A stretch of 64,000 bases of DNA from Candidatus Poribacteria bacterium. Its GTDB lineage: Bacteria; Poribacteria; WGA-4E; WGA-3G. The stretch is taken from positions 26,292 to 90,291 of the forward strand of contig JAAXHL010000056.1 in assembly GCA_012270865.1 (NCBI GenBank), written 5' to 3'. Below the pieces are notes generated by a model. That model was not told the DNA's origin and ran no database searches. It saw only the letters and a list, made by a program, of their open reading frames with translations. A program made the position numbers and the translations under genes. Positions 9,619-18,764 of this stretch are shown piece after piece; positions within the stretch are counted from its first letter, which is position 1; each line of letters begins with the position of its first letter.

Positions 9619-10425
9619 TTAGACGGCGGGGATGTCCGTACTTTTCAGTGCGTCGCCGTCTGTTGTATGGATCAAACTTGCGAGATAATCCCGATCGCGT
9701 TGGAGTGCCTCCAATTTGTTGTCGCCGTGGACGAACTCGACTTCCAAGTAGCCGTCATAGTCAGCGTTTTTGAGAATTTCAACGATGCGTGCGTAATCGA
9801 CCACGCCATCAGCGATAGGACACGCTTTTCCGCTTTCATCAAAATTCTGGGCATGGACGTTGACGATGTGCGGTGCCAACTTTTCAGCAGCGGCAAGCGG
9901 TTCATCGGCATCCGACCGCGCAAGTGGTTGATAGTAAGTCTTCAACGCGGGGAGGTTAACCTCTTCGATTGTTTCCAAAATGGTTTCGACGCTATCGGTG
10001 TATTGGTTGTTGTGCATTTCCAATCCGAGACGGAGACTACGAAAGTTTGCCCACTGTGTAATACTGACCAACCGAAAGAAGATCAAACGTCTATCGGCAG
10101 GTGCAATAGATTTTGAGGGTCCACCCGCGGACCAGATTCGGACGAGGTCGGTTCCTAAATCGCGTGCGATTTTGAAGGCTTCTTCAAAGTGTTTCTGGTG
10201 AAGATGCATCAATGGATGGACATAGGATCCGAACGCCGAGATTTCTAATCCTTTTCGCTGTGCCATCTCTCTAACATTTTTGGCGTAATCTTCGTCGTAG
10301 TCCTCTGGTAGATGCGGCGATTTCCCCCAGAGTTCAATGCCGTCAAATCCGTAGTCCGCTGCGATGTCAATAACCTCTTCCAGCGGTTTTTCCTGAAAAG
10401 CGATGGTGCAGAGACCTAATTTCAT
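9619..10425 (-). CDS. sugar phosphate isomerase/epimerase (xylose-isomerase-like TIM barrel)
   Basis: 268 aa. MKLGLCTIAF...GFDGIELW start and conserved E/H/D positions typical of the AP-endonuclease-2/TIM family. Confidence 0.85.
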   Translation of the reverse strand: MKLGLCTIAFQEKPLEEVIDIAADYGFDGIELWGKSPHLPEDYDEDYAKNVREMAQRKGLEISAFGSYVHPLMHLHQKHFEEAFKIARDLGTDLVRIWSAGGPSKSIAPADRRLIFFRLVSITQWANFRSLRLGLEMHNNQYTDSVETILETIEEVNLPALKTYYQPLARSDADEPLAAAEKLAPHIVNVHAQNFDESGKACPIADGVVDYARIVEILKNADYDGYLEVEFVHGDNKLEALQRDRDYLASLIHTTDGDALKSTDIPAV

Positions 10426-10520
10426 AGTTTTTTTCCCCTACTGTCTATTATATGTTACAAATAGGATACCACAGGTTTAAACGGATTGCAAGAAAAGTTT
10501 CTCAGACAGCGGTAAAACCT

Positions 10521-10549
10521 TTGACATAGTTTAACAGATATGATATACT
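10521..10549 (+). promoter_or_regulatory. sigma70-type promoter of modABC
   Basis: TTGACA (10521-10526), 17-nt spacer, TATACT (10544-10549), 47 nt before the modA ATG. Confidence 0.55.
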
Positions 10550-10596
10550 TGGTAAAGATTTTTCGTGCAACCCATTGATATGTTAAGAGTGAAATA

Positions 10597-11376
10597 ATGC
10601 CTCGAATCTTTAAACTTATCACCGTCCTCTGCTTGTTATTTTCGTTTATACTGCTATCGGGATGTACGGAGAGACAGCAGAACGAATTAAGTGTCTTCGC
10701 TGCAATCAGTTTGACGGATGCCCTCACTGAAATCGGAGAGGCGTTTGCAGCCGAAAATGAGGTTAAAGTCTATTATAACTTCGCTGCATCTACGACGTTA
10801 CAACGGCAACTCGAAAAGGGAGCATCAGGAGATGTCTTCATCTCGGCAAGTCCGCGCCAAGTCGTTGCTCTCGAAACGCATGGGTTGCTTGAAGCCGAAA
10901 GTCGCCAAGATTTACTAACGAATCGGTTAGTCCTTGTCTGTAATAAAACGGCAGAAATCGCAGTGGAAACGCTTACGCACCTCACTGTGCCTGAGATTTC
11001 GAGAATTGCTATCGGGCATCCAGATATCGTGCCTGCTGGCACTTACGCCAAAGAAGCCTTGACGCATTTCGGGTTATGGGATACACTACACCCGAAACTG
11101 ATTTTCGGCACAGATGTGCGTGCGACACTCGCTTATGTCACTGCTGGAAATGTGGATATGGCTATTGTCTATAAAACGGATACAACACTGACCAATCGTA
11201 TAAATGTGCTTTATCAGTTACCACCTGAAGCCTATACACCGATTATCTACCCGGCTGTCATTATGAAGGATAGTTCACAAAAGCAATTGGCGCGTAGATT
11301 TATTATCTATCTACAATCTATGCGGAGTGGTGAAATCTTTGAAAAGCACGGATTCACCGTTTTGGAACTAAAATGA
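10597..11376 (+). CDS. modA: molybdate ABC transporter substrate-binding lipoprotein
   Basis: 259 aa. Lipobox LLSGC, ModA-like FAAISLTDAL...VFISAS pattern, followed by modB and modC. Confidence 0.9.
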   Translation: MPRIFKLITVLCLLFSFILLSGCTERQQNELSVFAAISLTDALTEIGEAFAAENEVKVYYNFAASTTLQRQLEKGASGDVFISASPRQVVALETHGLLEAESRQDLLTNRLVLVCNKTAEIAVETLTHLTVPEISRIAIGHPDIVPAGTYAKEALTHFGLWDTLHPKLIFGTDVRATLAYVTAGNVDMAIVYKTDTTLTNRINVLYQLPPEAYTPIIYPAVIMKDSSQKQLARRFIIYLQSMRSGEIFEKHGFTVLELK

Positions 11377-12038
11377 GGATAACGCCTGCCGAAGTCGCTG
11401 CTCTCTCTTTATCTATAAAAGTCGCGTTGCTGAGTCTTGTTTTTACGTTTCCGATCGGATTATTCGTCGGTTGGCTTCTCGCAAAACGTACATTTCCGGG
11501 AAAGGCTTTACTGAATACACTCGTCTTATGTCCGTTGGTGTTGCCGCCTATCGTAAGCGGATATTTACTTCTTATTCTACTGGGTAGGAACGGACTCATC
11601 GGTGGATTTATCTATCAAGTTTTTGGGATAGAGATCGTTTTTTCGGAGTTGGCTGTTGTTATCGCAGTCTCCATTATCTCGTTTCCATTGTTAGTACGTG
11701 GTATCGTGACGGGGATGGAGTCTGTGCCGCTGGAACTCGAAAATGCAGCACGGACACTTGGGGCATCGCCAATCAAAGTGTTTTGGACGATAACCTTCCC
11801 GATGGCGTATCGCGGTGTTATTGGCGGAACGATCCTCGGTTTTTCCAAAAGTCTCGGTGAGTTTGGTGCCACAATCATGGTGGCGGGGAACATCCCAGGC
11901 AAGACCCAAACGATGGCGTTAGCAATTTTCAGTGCCGTTCATCTCGGAGAAGATGTTTCTGTTTATCGACTCGTGTTCATTTCAACGGTTGTTGCGTTTG
12001 TTGCGCTCTGGTTAACGGAACGCTTCACCCTCCGTTAA
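11373..12038 (+). CDS. modB: molybdate ABC transporter permease
   Basis: 221 aa, multi-TM. EAA-like loop ENAARTLGASPIKVFWTITFPMA. ATGA overlap with modA. Confidence 0.9.
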   Translation: MRITPAEVAALSLSIKVALLSLVFTFPIGLFVGWLLAKRTFPGKALLNTLVLCPLVLPPIVSGYLLLILLGRNGLIGGFIYQVFGIEIVFSELAVVIAVSIISFPLLVRGIVTGMESVPLELENAARTLGASPIKVFWTITFPMAYRGVIGGTILGFSKSLGEFGATIMVAGNIPGKTQTMALAIFSAVHLGEDVSVYRLVFISTVVAFVALWLTERFTLR

Positions 12039-12061
12039 ACAAAAATAAAGAAGGAGAAAAA

Positions 12062-12376
12062 ATGATGGGTTTGGAAATGTGGGTATTTTTAGGCTTAATC
12101 GCTTGTGGTGTACTCGTCTGGTCTCTATACCGACGTTCCGAAAAGGACGCAGATAAAAACAGAAAAGATCAAACTGACGATATGGATACCGTTGAGGATG
12201 CCGATGATGGCTTAGGGGAGCTGCTTTTGACCGGCTTGATGCTCAACGAGATATACGATGATGACAATCCACCTGACGATGCGGGTACCGATGGATTTGA
12301 TAGCGTGGATGACGGCGGCGGATTCGATGGTGGTGGATTCGATGATGGTGGATTTGACGGCGGCGGATTTGAATAA
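12062..12376 (+). CDS. small membrane protein with acidic GGGFD-repeat tail
   Basis: 104 aa. One N-terminal TM helix, then a D/E-rich tail ending GGGFDGGGFDDGGFDGGGFE. AAGGAG SD. Sits between modB and modC. Confidence 0.6.
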   Translation: MMGLEMWVFLGLIACGVLVWSLYRRSEKDADKNRKDQTDDMDTVEDADDGLGELLLTGLMLNEIYDDDNPPDDAGTDGFDSVDDGGGFDGGGFDDGGFDGGGFE

Positions 12377-12387
12377 TAGGGTCCGTT

Positions 12388-13461
12388 ATGGCAGACAGTA
12401 CCCAAATTAGACTCGACTTTCGGAAAAGCCTCGGGAATTTCACGTTAGATGTCAATTGCACGCTGGAAACGAAAGTGTCGGTGTTTTTAGGTGTGTCTGG
12501 AAGCGGTAAAAGTACGCTTCTTAATTGCGTCAGCGGCATCCTAACGCCCGATGAAGGTGAGATCGCCTTTGGTGAAGAGGTGCTTTACGCATCCGCCTCA
12601 AAAATTAATCTACCGCCTGAAAAACGACGTTTTGGATACGTTTTTCAGGAGGGATACCTATTTCCACACCTCACTGTTGCGCAGAATATCCGATACGGTC
12701 AACCTAAACCCCGCGAATCTTCAGCTGCGATAGATGTTCTTGAACTTGGCGAGTTTCTTCAGCGGTATCCGAGGGAACTCTCGGGAGGTCAACGTCAACG
12801 GGTTGCGATTGCGCGGGCACTCGCTATGGAACCACGGATGCTCCTGATGGATGAACCGCTTGCCTCCCTCGACACCGCATTGAAAGAGCGGATTATACCG
12901 TATCTGCGCCACGTTAAAGACGCGTTTGATATACCGATCCTTTATATCACCCACGCCTTTTCGGAGGCGATGGCACTTGCCGATGAAGCCTTTCTGATCG
13001 CCAATGGCGAAATTATAGCAAGAGGTGAACCGCACGGGTTGTTAACTGCCCCCTCCGCGATGCCGATCGCACAATTGACCGGTGTCGAAAACATCCTATT
13101 TCTTCCTGTAACGCTTTTCGACAAAGCGAAAGGTGTGACTTCATTGGAAATCGGGGATCAATCTCTTGTGATTCCTTACACTGAAGCAGAAATCGGTGAA
13201 ACCGTGCCGGTCGCTATCCGTGCGGAGGATATTATCATCTCCCTTGAACCGAATCTCTCAATTAGTGCACGCAACATATTACGCGGAACGATTCAGTCTC
13301 TTGATGTCAAGAGCGAATCGACATGGGTATCTATTCTCGTTGAATGGCATCATCTCGCTGTGAAGATTACACACCAAGCATCTGAGCAGCTACAGTTGAA
13401 AGAAGGTTTGGAGGTCTACTGCGTCATCAAAGCGAGTGCCATCAATCGGCTCTGGGAATAG
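12388..13461 (+). CDS. modC: molybdate ABC transporter ATP-binding protein with C-terminal TOBE/Mop domain
   Basis: 357 aa. Walker A GVSGSGKST, signature LSGGQRQRVAIARAL, Walker B LLMDEPL. Confidence 0.9.
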   Translation: MADSTQIRLDFRKSLGNFTLDVNCTLETKVSVFLGVSGSGKSTLLNCVSGILTPDEGEIAFGEEVLYASASKINLPPEKRRFGYVFQEGYLFPHLTVAQNIRYGQPKPRESSAAIDVLELGEFLQRYPRELSGGQRQRVAIARALAMEPRMLLMDEPLASLDTALKERIIPYLRHVKDAFDIPILYITHAFSEAMALADEAFLIANGEIIARGEPHGLLTAPSAMPIAQLTGVENILFLPVTLFDKAKGVTSLEIGDQSLVIPYTEAEIGETVPVAIRAEDIIISLEPNLSISARNILRGTIQSLDVKSESTWVSILVEWHHLAVKITHQASEQLQLKEGLEVYCVIKASAINRLWE

Positions 13462-13478
13462 TTCTCCTGTCTCCTGCT

Positions 13479-13654
13479 GTAGGAGCGAGCTGCGCTCGCG
13501 ATCCCTTAACCACACGCTCGCGATCCCTTAACCACACGCTTAGTAGGAGCCAACTGCGCTCGCGATCCGTTAGCCACACGCTTAGTAGGAGCGAGCTGCG
13601 CTCGCGATCCGTTAGCCACACGCTTAGTAGGAGCGAGCTGCGCTCGCGATTCTC
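13479..13654. repeat. 42-bp tandem repeat (~4.5 copies), each unit with a GCGAGC-TGC-GCTCGC palindrome
   Basis: Unit cttagtaggagcgagctgcgctcgcgatccgttagccacacg, read directly. Lies between the convergent modC and coaE genes. No spacers, so it is not a CRISPR array. Confidence 0.9.
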
Positions 13655-13699
13655 TATGCTATGCGCCCGCGATTTTCTACGCTGTCTGCCTGTGATTGC

Positions 13700-14386
13700 T
13701 TACACCGTGTGTTCCCGAACTTTCTCCCAAAGTTCATCTACCTGTCTATGCAGTTCTTCAAGCGTCCCCTCGTTCTCTATAACGACATCCGCATACCTGA
13801 CTTTCTCTGAGACCGGCATCTGTGCGTCAATCCGTGCTTGAACCTCGATTTCGGTGAGGGGTCTCCCTTGTGCGCTGCTTCGTTCCAGTGTACGGCGGAG
13901 CTGCGTCTCTGGTGATGCCGTCACGACAACAATCAGATCAACGGTATCGTAAGCACCGACTTCGATAAGGAGCGGTGCATCGAGTAGCACGACGCACGTC
14001 GGGTCTTCGGTAACGAGTTGACGCGCGCGGGCGCGTGAACGTTGGATAATCAACGGATGCAGGATACTGTTAAGGCGTTCCCGTGCGGTCTTATCCTGAA
14101 AGACGATTGCGCCGAGTTTTTTTCGGCTCACATCCCCAGATGCGTCAAGGATGCCGTGTCCGAATGCGTCCGTGAGTTCATCAATAACGGGACTGTCCGC
14201 TTTGAGGAGTTGGTGTCCGATTTCATCTGCGTTGATGGGAATCGCGCCCTTTTCGGTGAGCAGCTCGGAGACGGTGGTCTTTCCGCAGGCGATTCCGCCT
14301 GTAATCCCGACGATGGTGCCGCGGGTGCGGTGTGTTGTTGCTGTTTCCATACCATTGAGTGTATACGACATACCGAAATTTGTCAA
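13700..14386 (-). CDS. coaE: dephospho-CoA kinase
   Basis: 228 aa. P-loop IVGITGGIACGKTT and CoaE-like layout. The true start may be an internal Met. Confidence 0.85.
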   Translation of the reverse strand: MTNFGMSYTLNGMETATTHRTRGTIVGITGGIACGKTTVSELLTEKGAIPINADEIGHQLLKADSPVIDELTDAFGHGILDASGDVSRKKLGAIVFQDKTARERLNSILHPLIIQRSRARARQLVTEDPTCVVLLDAPLLIEVGAYDTVDLIVVVTASPETQLRRTLERSSAQGRPLTEIEVQARIDAQMPVSEKVRYADVVIENEGTLEELHRQVDELWEKVREHTV

Positions 14387-14472
14387 GAATAGCAGTTGGC
14401 TGTCAGCGGTCAGTAGTCAGCAAGGACACATCAATAGAAAAATTGAACAGTTCTATCATTCATCTATTTTGA

Positions 14473-14501
14473 TTGACAATGATGGCTGCTCTTGCTATGC
14501 T
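14473..14501 (+). promoter_or_regulatory. sigma70-type promoter
   Basis: TTGACA, 17 nt, TATGCT, 48 nt upstream of the SDR ATG at 14550. Confidence 0.5.
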
Positions 14502-14549
14502 GTTAATCTACTTGGTCTATTTTCTGTATTCGCGAGAGGAAGGTTTCTC

Positions 14550-15380
14550 ATGGGAAGATTAGAGGGTAAAGTCGCCATTGTAACGGGTGCCGGTCGAGGG
14601 CATGCGGAAGCCGTCGCCAGACGGTTCGCAAAAGAGGGAGCAGCGGTCTCTATCTGTGACGTGATCCCGGTGCAAGATTTGGAGGCAAAAGTCGGTTTAG
14701 AGATTCGGGATGCCGGCGGAGCGGTCCTCTGTTTTGAGGCAGATGTCTCGCAAGAGGGACCCGTTAACGAGATGGTCGCTACTACGATTGATAGATTCGG
14801 CACTATCGATATTCTCGCCAACGTCGTGGGTATCGCTGGACCGACAAAGGACATCTGGGATATGAGCCTGACAGAATGGCGACGCACGCTTGAGGTCAAT
14901 CTCGATTCGCTTTTTATCTGTTCTAAAGCCGTCCTACCGGAGATGATCCGAAAGAAATACGGGAAGATCATCAACTTCAGTTCGGGGACAGGGAAACAGC
15001 CGCTTTCGCACAGGGCACCGTATGCGACTTCAAAGATGGCGGTCATCGGTTTCACACGGACACTCGCTGCGGATGTCGGACGCTATAATATCACTGTCAA
15101 CGCCATCTGTCCGGGTTGGCATACGGAGAGAAGCCTCGAACTCGCGCGTGGTCGGGCAGAATACATGAACAAGCCTTTTGATGAAGCGGCGTTGCGTGAA
15201 AGATATAAACGTGAAGACCCGAAACGAGTCATCGCCGGTAGGTGGTGTGCCGATGAAGGTTATAGCGATAAGGGTTCGGTATCTGAGGATGCCGCTGCGT
15301 TGGCGGTCTTCCTCGCATCAGACGAGTCCGCGAACATGACCGGTCAGGATATCAATACCGGTGGAACGGTGATGTGGTAG
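14550..15380 (+). CDS. SDR family oxidoreductase
   Basis: The track ORF 14151..15380 overlaps coaE antisense. The internal ATG at 14550 has a GAGAGGAAGG SD and gives MGRLEGKVAIVTGAGRGHAEA (TGxxxG) with catalytic YATSK. Confidence 0.85.
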   Translation: MGRLEGKVAIVTGAGRGHAEAVARRFAKEGAAVSICDVIPVQDLEAKVGLEIRDAGGAVLCFEADVSQEGPVNEMVATTIDRFGTIDILANVVGIAGPTKDIWDMSLTEWRRTLEVNLDSLFICSKAVLPEMIRKKYGKIINFSSGTGKQPLSHRAPYATSKMAVIGFTRTLAADVGRYNITVNAICPGWHTERSLELARGRAEYMNKPFDEAALRERYKREDPKRVIAGRWCADEGYSDKGSVSEDAAALAVFLASDESANMTGQDINTGGTVMW

Positions 15381-15415
15381 TCGTGGATGCGGTATAACAA
15401 ATAGGAGCACGCTAA

Positions 15416-17017
15416 GTGGAGAGAAAAATGAGAACATTTGGAACCCGAGGCGTTGTACGACCCGACCAGCACTATGTTGTTGCCCGCACAGCCGAGGTTA
15501 AAGATTTCATCAACCGCATCAAGAAGGGACAGTACATCGTTCTTTTTGCGCCGCGTCAAACCGGAAAGACGACCTTCTTTCGATGGGCACTCGCTATGCT
15601 CACAACCGAAGAACCCACCTATTTTCCCATTCAAATAGATTTTCAAATACAACGTAACACTTCTGCTGCTACTTTTTACGAACGACTCTACCAAATGCTG
15701 CGTTGGCAGATTCAGTTTGTTTTTCAAGAACGCGGAGATGTTCCTTCCACAGCACTAACGCAATTTTTAGAGAGCACACAACTGACGGATGCTTTTTCAA
15801 TGGTGACGTTCTTTGAACGACTTGGAAATTTACTTGATAAGCAGCGGGTCGTTCTGCTCATTGATGAGTTCGATGGCATTCCGGAAAGCCTTGTGAGTGA
15901 TTTTCTGTATGCCCTTCGGCACATCTACCTCTCTGATATGTTTCTATGCCCGCACAGCGTCGGTATCGTCGGGGTCAAAAGTATAACGCAGCTGGACTAC
16001 GACCGATCCATCTCACCGTTTAATATCCAAGATGAGCTTCACTTGCCCAATTTCACACTTGAGCAGGTAAGCGAACTCTTCGGACAGTATACGGAAGAAG
16101 TCGGACAAGCCTTCGCCCCTGAGGTCGTGAAATCCATTCATAAACAGACTGCCGGACAACCCTTTCTTGTCAATCGCACCGCGCAAATTCTCACTGAAGA
16201 ACTCAACATTCCCAAAGTGAACACCATCACAATGGCACACTTTGCAAAAGCTTATGAACAATTGCTTGGCGAAAATAACACCAACCTGACACACCTCGTG
16301 ACAAATATCCGCAGGGATCGCCGCTTTGAAACGCTCCTCATGGACATCATGTCGTATGAGGAAGGGGTCCGCTTCAATCCACGCGATCCGCTCATCAGTG
16401 AACTCACGACTTATGGGGTTATTGCCAAAGGCTCGGATGGAAAATGTGAAATTATCAACTCGGTTTATCTGCATTGCATCATAGAAGCGTTCACACCAAC
16501 TGTGAACGGATTGGAACGAGATTACTTCGCAGAAGACAATAGCGACGGCTTCCAGAGTTACCTCACCTCCGGAGGACAACTTGAGATGGAGCGTCTCCTT
16601 GATAACTTTCGAGACTTTATTACACGCGTAGGGTTCAAGATTCTACAGGTTCCAGAAACCCCACACGAATATGTGGGGAGGCACCTCCTCCTTACCTATC
16701 TCGACGCGTTTGTCAAGGCAGTGGGAGGTGTCATGTCTTTTGAAGTCGCAACAGGTGCGGGCAAGATGGATCTCCTTATCCTTCACAATCAGCAGAAATA
16801 CATTGTTGAAACAAAGATTTGGAGAGGCAACGCCCGTTATGAGGCAGGAAAGAAACAATTCGCTGCTTATCTGAAAACGGAAGGCGTTAGCGAGGGGTAC
16901 TACGTCGTTTTCGATCATCGCAAGAACCCAGAACCGCTTGTACAGACGGAAGTTGTGGACGGTGTGCAGATTCGGAGTTATGTTATTCCTGTGATGCAGG
17001 AAGCCCCTTCTGCTTAA
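15416..17017 (+). CDS. AAA-ATPase-like protein with C-terminal PD-(D/E)XK nuclease domain (PDDEXK_9-like)
   Basis: 533 aa. Walker A APRQTGKTT, Walker B LLIDEFD. C-terminal GKMDLLILHNQQKYIVETKIW (D...E-x-K). Confidence 0.8.
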   Translation: MERKMRTFGTRGVVRPDQHYVVARTAEVKDFINRIKKGQYIVLFAPRQTGKTTFFRWALAMLTTEEPTYFPIQIDFQIQRNTSAATFYERLYQMLRWQIQFVFQERGDVPSTALTQFLESTQLTDAFSMVTFFERLGNLLDKQRVVLLIDEFDGIPESLVSDFLYALRHIYLSDMFLCPHSVGIVGVKSITQLDYDRSISPFNIQDELHLPNFTLEQVSELFGQYTEEVGQAFAPEVVKSIHKQTAGQPFLVNRTAQILTEELNIPKVNTITMAHFAKAYEQLLGENNTNLTHLVTNIRRDRRFETLLMDIMSYEEGVRFNPRDPLISELTTYGVIAKGSDGKCEIINSVYLHCIIEAFTPTVNGLERDYFAEDNSDGFQSYLTSGGQLEMERLLDNFRDFITRVGFKILQVPETPHEYVGRHLLLTYLDAFVKAVGGVMSFEVATGAGKMDLLILHNQQKYIVETKIWRGNARYEAGKKQFAAYLKTEGVSEGYYVVFDHRKNPEPLVQTEVVDGVQIRSYVIPVMQEAPSA

Positions 17018-17060
17018 CTTCAATGAAACCGGATGCCGCAGATTTTTCTAAAATTAACGC

Positions 17061-17089
17061 TTGACATTTCTCCGAAATTCTGTTACGAT
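17061..17089 (+). promoter_or_regulatory. sigma70-type promoter
   Basis: TTGACA, 17 nt, TACGAT, 37 nt upstream of the GTG at 17127. Confidence 0.5.
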
Positions 17090-17126
17090 GGGTGAAGCGA
17101 TATAACAACGGAAGGAGTAAAATCAC

Positions 17127-18158
17127 GTGGCACAAGAAACAGTTAAAGTCGGCATTATCGGTGCGGGTGGGAATACGAGGTCTAAGCATATTCCGGGACT
17201 CCAAGCGATTGACGATGTTGAGATTGTCGGGGTCTGTAATCGGAGTCAGGAATCTTCACAACGGGTGGCTGATGCGTTCGGTATCCCGAAAATCTACGAC
17301 AATTGGAAAGAAGCCATCGCGGATCCCGATACGAATGCGATTGTGATCGGGACATGGCCCTATATGCACTGCCGCGCGACGGTGGCAGCACTTCAGGCGA
17401 ATAAACACGTGATGTGCGAGGCACGGATGGCGATGAACGCCAAAGAAGCACATATCATGCGTATGGTGTCGCGTCAGAAGACACATCTCATCGCACAGAT
17501 TGTCCCCTCGCCGATGACACTCCGGGTCGATAACACGATAAAACGGCTCATCGCTGAAGGCTATCTCGGTGATGTGCTCGCGATAGAAGCACGGGCAGGC
17601 GGCGCATTTCTCGACAGCGAATCATCGCTCCAGTGGCGGCAAGATTTCGATCTCAGTGGACTCAACATCATGAGCATGGGGATCTGGTATGAAGCGTTGA
17701 TGCGTTGGGTCGGAGAAGCGACACGGATTCTGGCGATGGGCAAAACGTTTGTCAAGATGCGTCCGGATGCCGACGGCGTGATGCGTTCCGTACGGATTCC
17801 CGAACATATTGATGTCGTCGGGGACCTCGCCTGTGGTGCGCAGCTGCATATACAGGTCTCCAGTGTCGCAGGATTGGCAGGCGCGCCGGAGGTGTATATC
17901 TTCGGGAGCGACGGGACTTTACGTTTTTCGGGGAATAAACTCTACGGCGGACAAAAAGGCGACGCGGAACTCAACGAAATTGATATACCGGACTCAGAAG
18001 CAGGCGGATGGCGAGTGGAAGAAGAATTCGTGAACGCAATCCGTGGCAACGAAGTGATTACGCACACCGATTTCGATACGGGTGTGAAGTATATGGAGTT
18101 TACGGAGGCAGTCACACGGAGTATGCAATCAGGAACAGCGATTACTTTGCCGCTTTAG
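17127..18158 (+). CDS. Gfo/Idh/MocA family oxidoreductase
   Basis: 343 aa. VKVGIIGAGGNTRSKHIP Rossmann start. GTG start behind GGAAGGAG. Confidence 0.85.
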   Translation: MAQETVKVGIIGAGGNTRSKHIPGLQAIDDVEIVGVCNRSQESSQRVADAFGIPKIYDNWKEAIADPDTNAIVIGTWPYMHCRATVAALQANKHVMCEARMAMNAKEAHIMRMVSRQKTHLIAQIVPSPMTLRVDNTIKRLIAEGYLGDVLAIEARAGGAFLDSESSLQWRQDFDLSGLNIMSMGIWYEALMRWVGEATRILAMGKTFVKMRPDADGVMRSVRIPEHIDVVGDLACGAQLHIQVSSVAGLAGAPEVYIFGSDGTLRFSGNKLYGGQKGDAELNEIDIPDSEAGGWRVEEEFVNAIRGNEVITHTDFDTGVKYMEFTEAVTRSMQSGTAITLPL

Positions 18159-18203
18159 TTACGGCACGGTCGCGTGACAACTATTTTAAATAAGGAGAAA
18201 CAT

Positions 18204-18749
18204 TTGAAATTAGGTGAACTTTTTAATCTTTGCCAAGATATTGAACTGCGACAAGCGAAACTCTACGCCTCGCTCTCACTGCTTCTGGGGGACATTGATG
18301 AACGGATCGCACGGTTTTGGGAACAGATGAGTACGGAGGAGTGGCAGCACTATATCCTTGTGGATTTCGGACGTTCTTTATGCGTTGATGCCTTCGGGAT
18401 TGATTCACCTGTGCCGGAGTTGTCGGATGTCCCAGTTCAGCAAATTACAGACGCGCTCGAAGGACACGAACAGAAAGTTGATAGTGGCGGAATTTCGCTT
18501 GATGAGGCTTTTGAGATCGCAATTGCGATTGAGGGTAGCGAAGCCGATACGATCTATATGCACCTGCTCTCTATTATACGAAAAGCGATTCAGCAGAGCG
18601 ATCAACCGTACCTAATGGACCGGATTGTGCAGGTTGAGAAGGATATGGTATCGCACATTGACGGACTGGTTCAGGCGACACAGAAGTTTGCGAAGGACGC
18701 CAATTTGATTCGCAAAGCACACCGTTTAAAAGCAGAACACCACTTCTAA
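18204..18749 (+). CDS. hypothetical protein, possibly ferritin-like/di-iron fold
   Basis: The track ORF starts at 18174, but a TTG at 18204 sits 6 nt after AAGGAG. ExxH-like strings (EEWQH, EKDMVSH) suggest a ferritin-like fold; the evidence is weak. Confidence 0.6.
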   Translation: MKLGELFNLCQDIELRQAKLYASLSLLLGDIDERIARFWEQMSTEEWQHYILVDFGRSLCVDAFGIDSPVPELSDVPVQQITDALEGHEQKVDSGGISLDEAFEIAIAIEGSEADTIYMHLLSIIRKAIQQSDQPYLMDRIVQVEKDMVSHIDGLVQATQKFAKDANLIRKAHRLKAEHHF

Positions 18750-18764
18750 AGGGTAAGCCACATA

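Noticed and set aside
10550-10596. A molybdenum-cofactor riboswitch or ModE box upstream of modA.
   Set aside because: The leader downstream of the predicted -10 element is only about 45 nt, too short for a Moco riboswitch. The GATATG repeats are too weak a match to the ModE consensus as I remember it.
13479-13654. Possible CRISPR array.
   Set aside because: The repeats are directly adjacent with no unique spacers and include partial units. No cas genes are present. It is a tandem palindromic repeat, not a CRISPR array.
14151-14549. The first 133 codons of track ORF 14151..15380 (409 aa).
   Set aside because: This part runs antisense through coaE and has no family signal. The SDR domain starts at the SD-preceded ATG at 14550, so the long form is an ORF-calling artefact.
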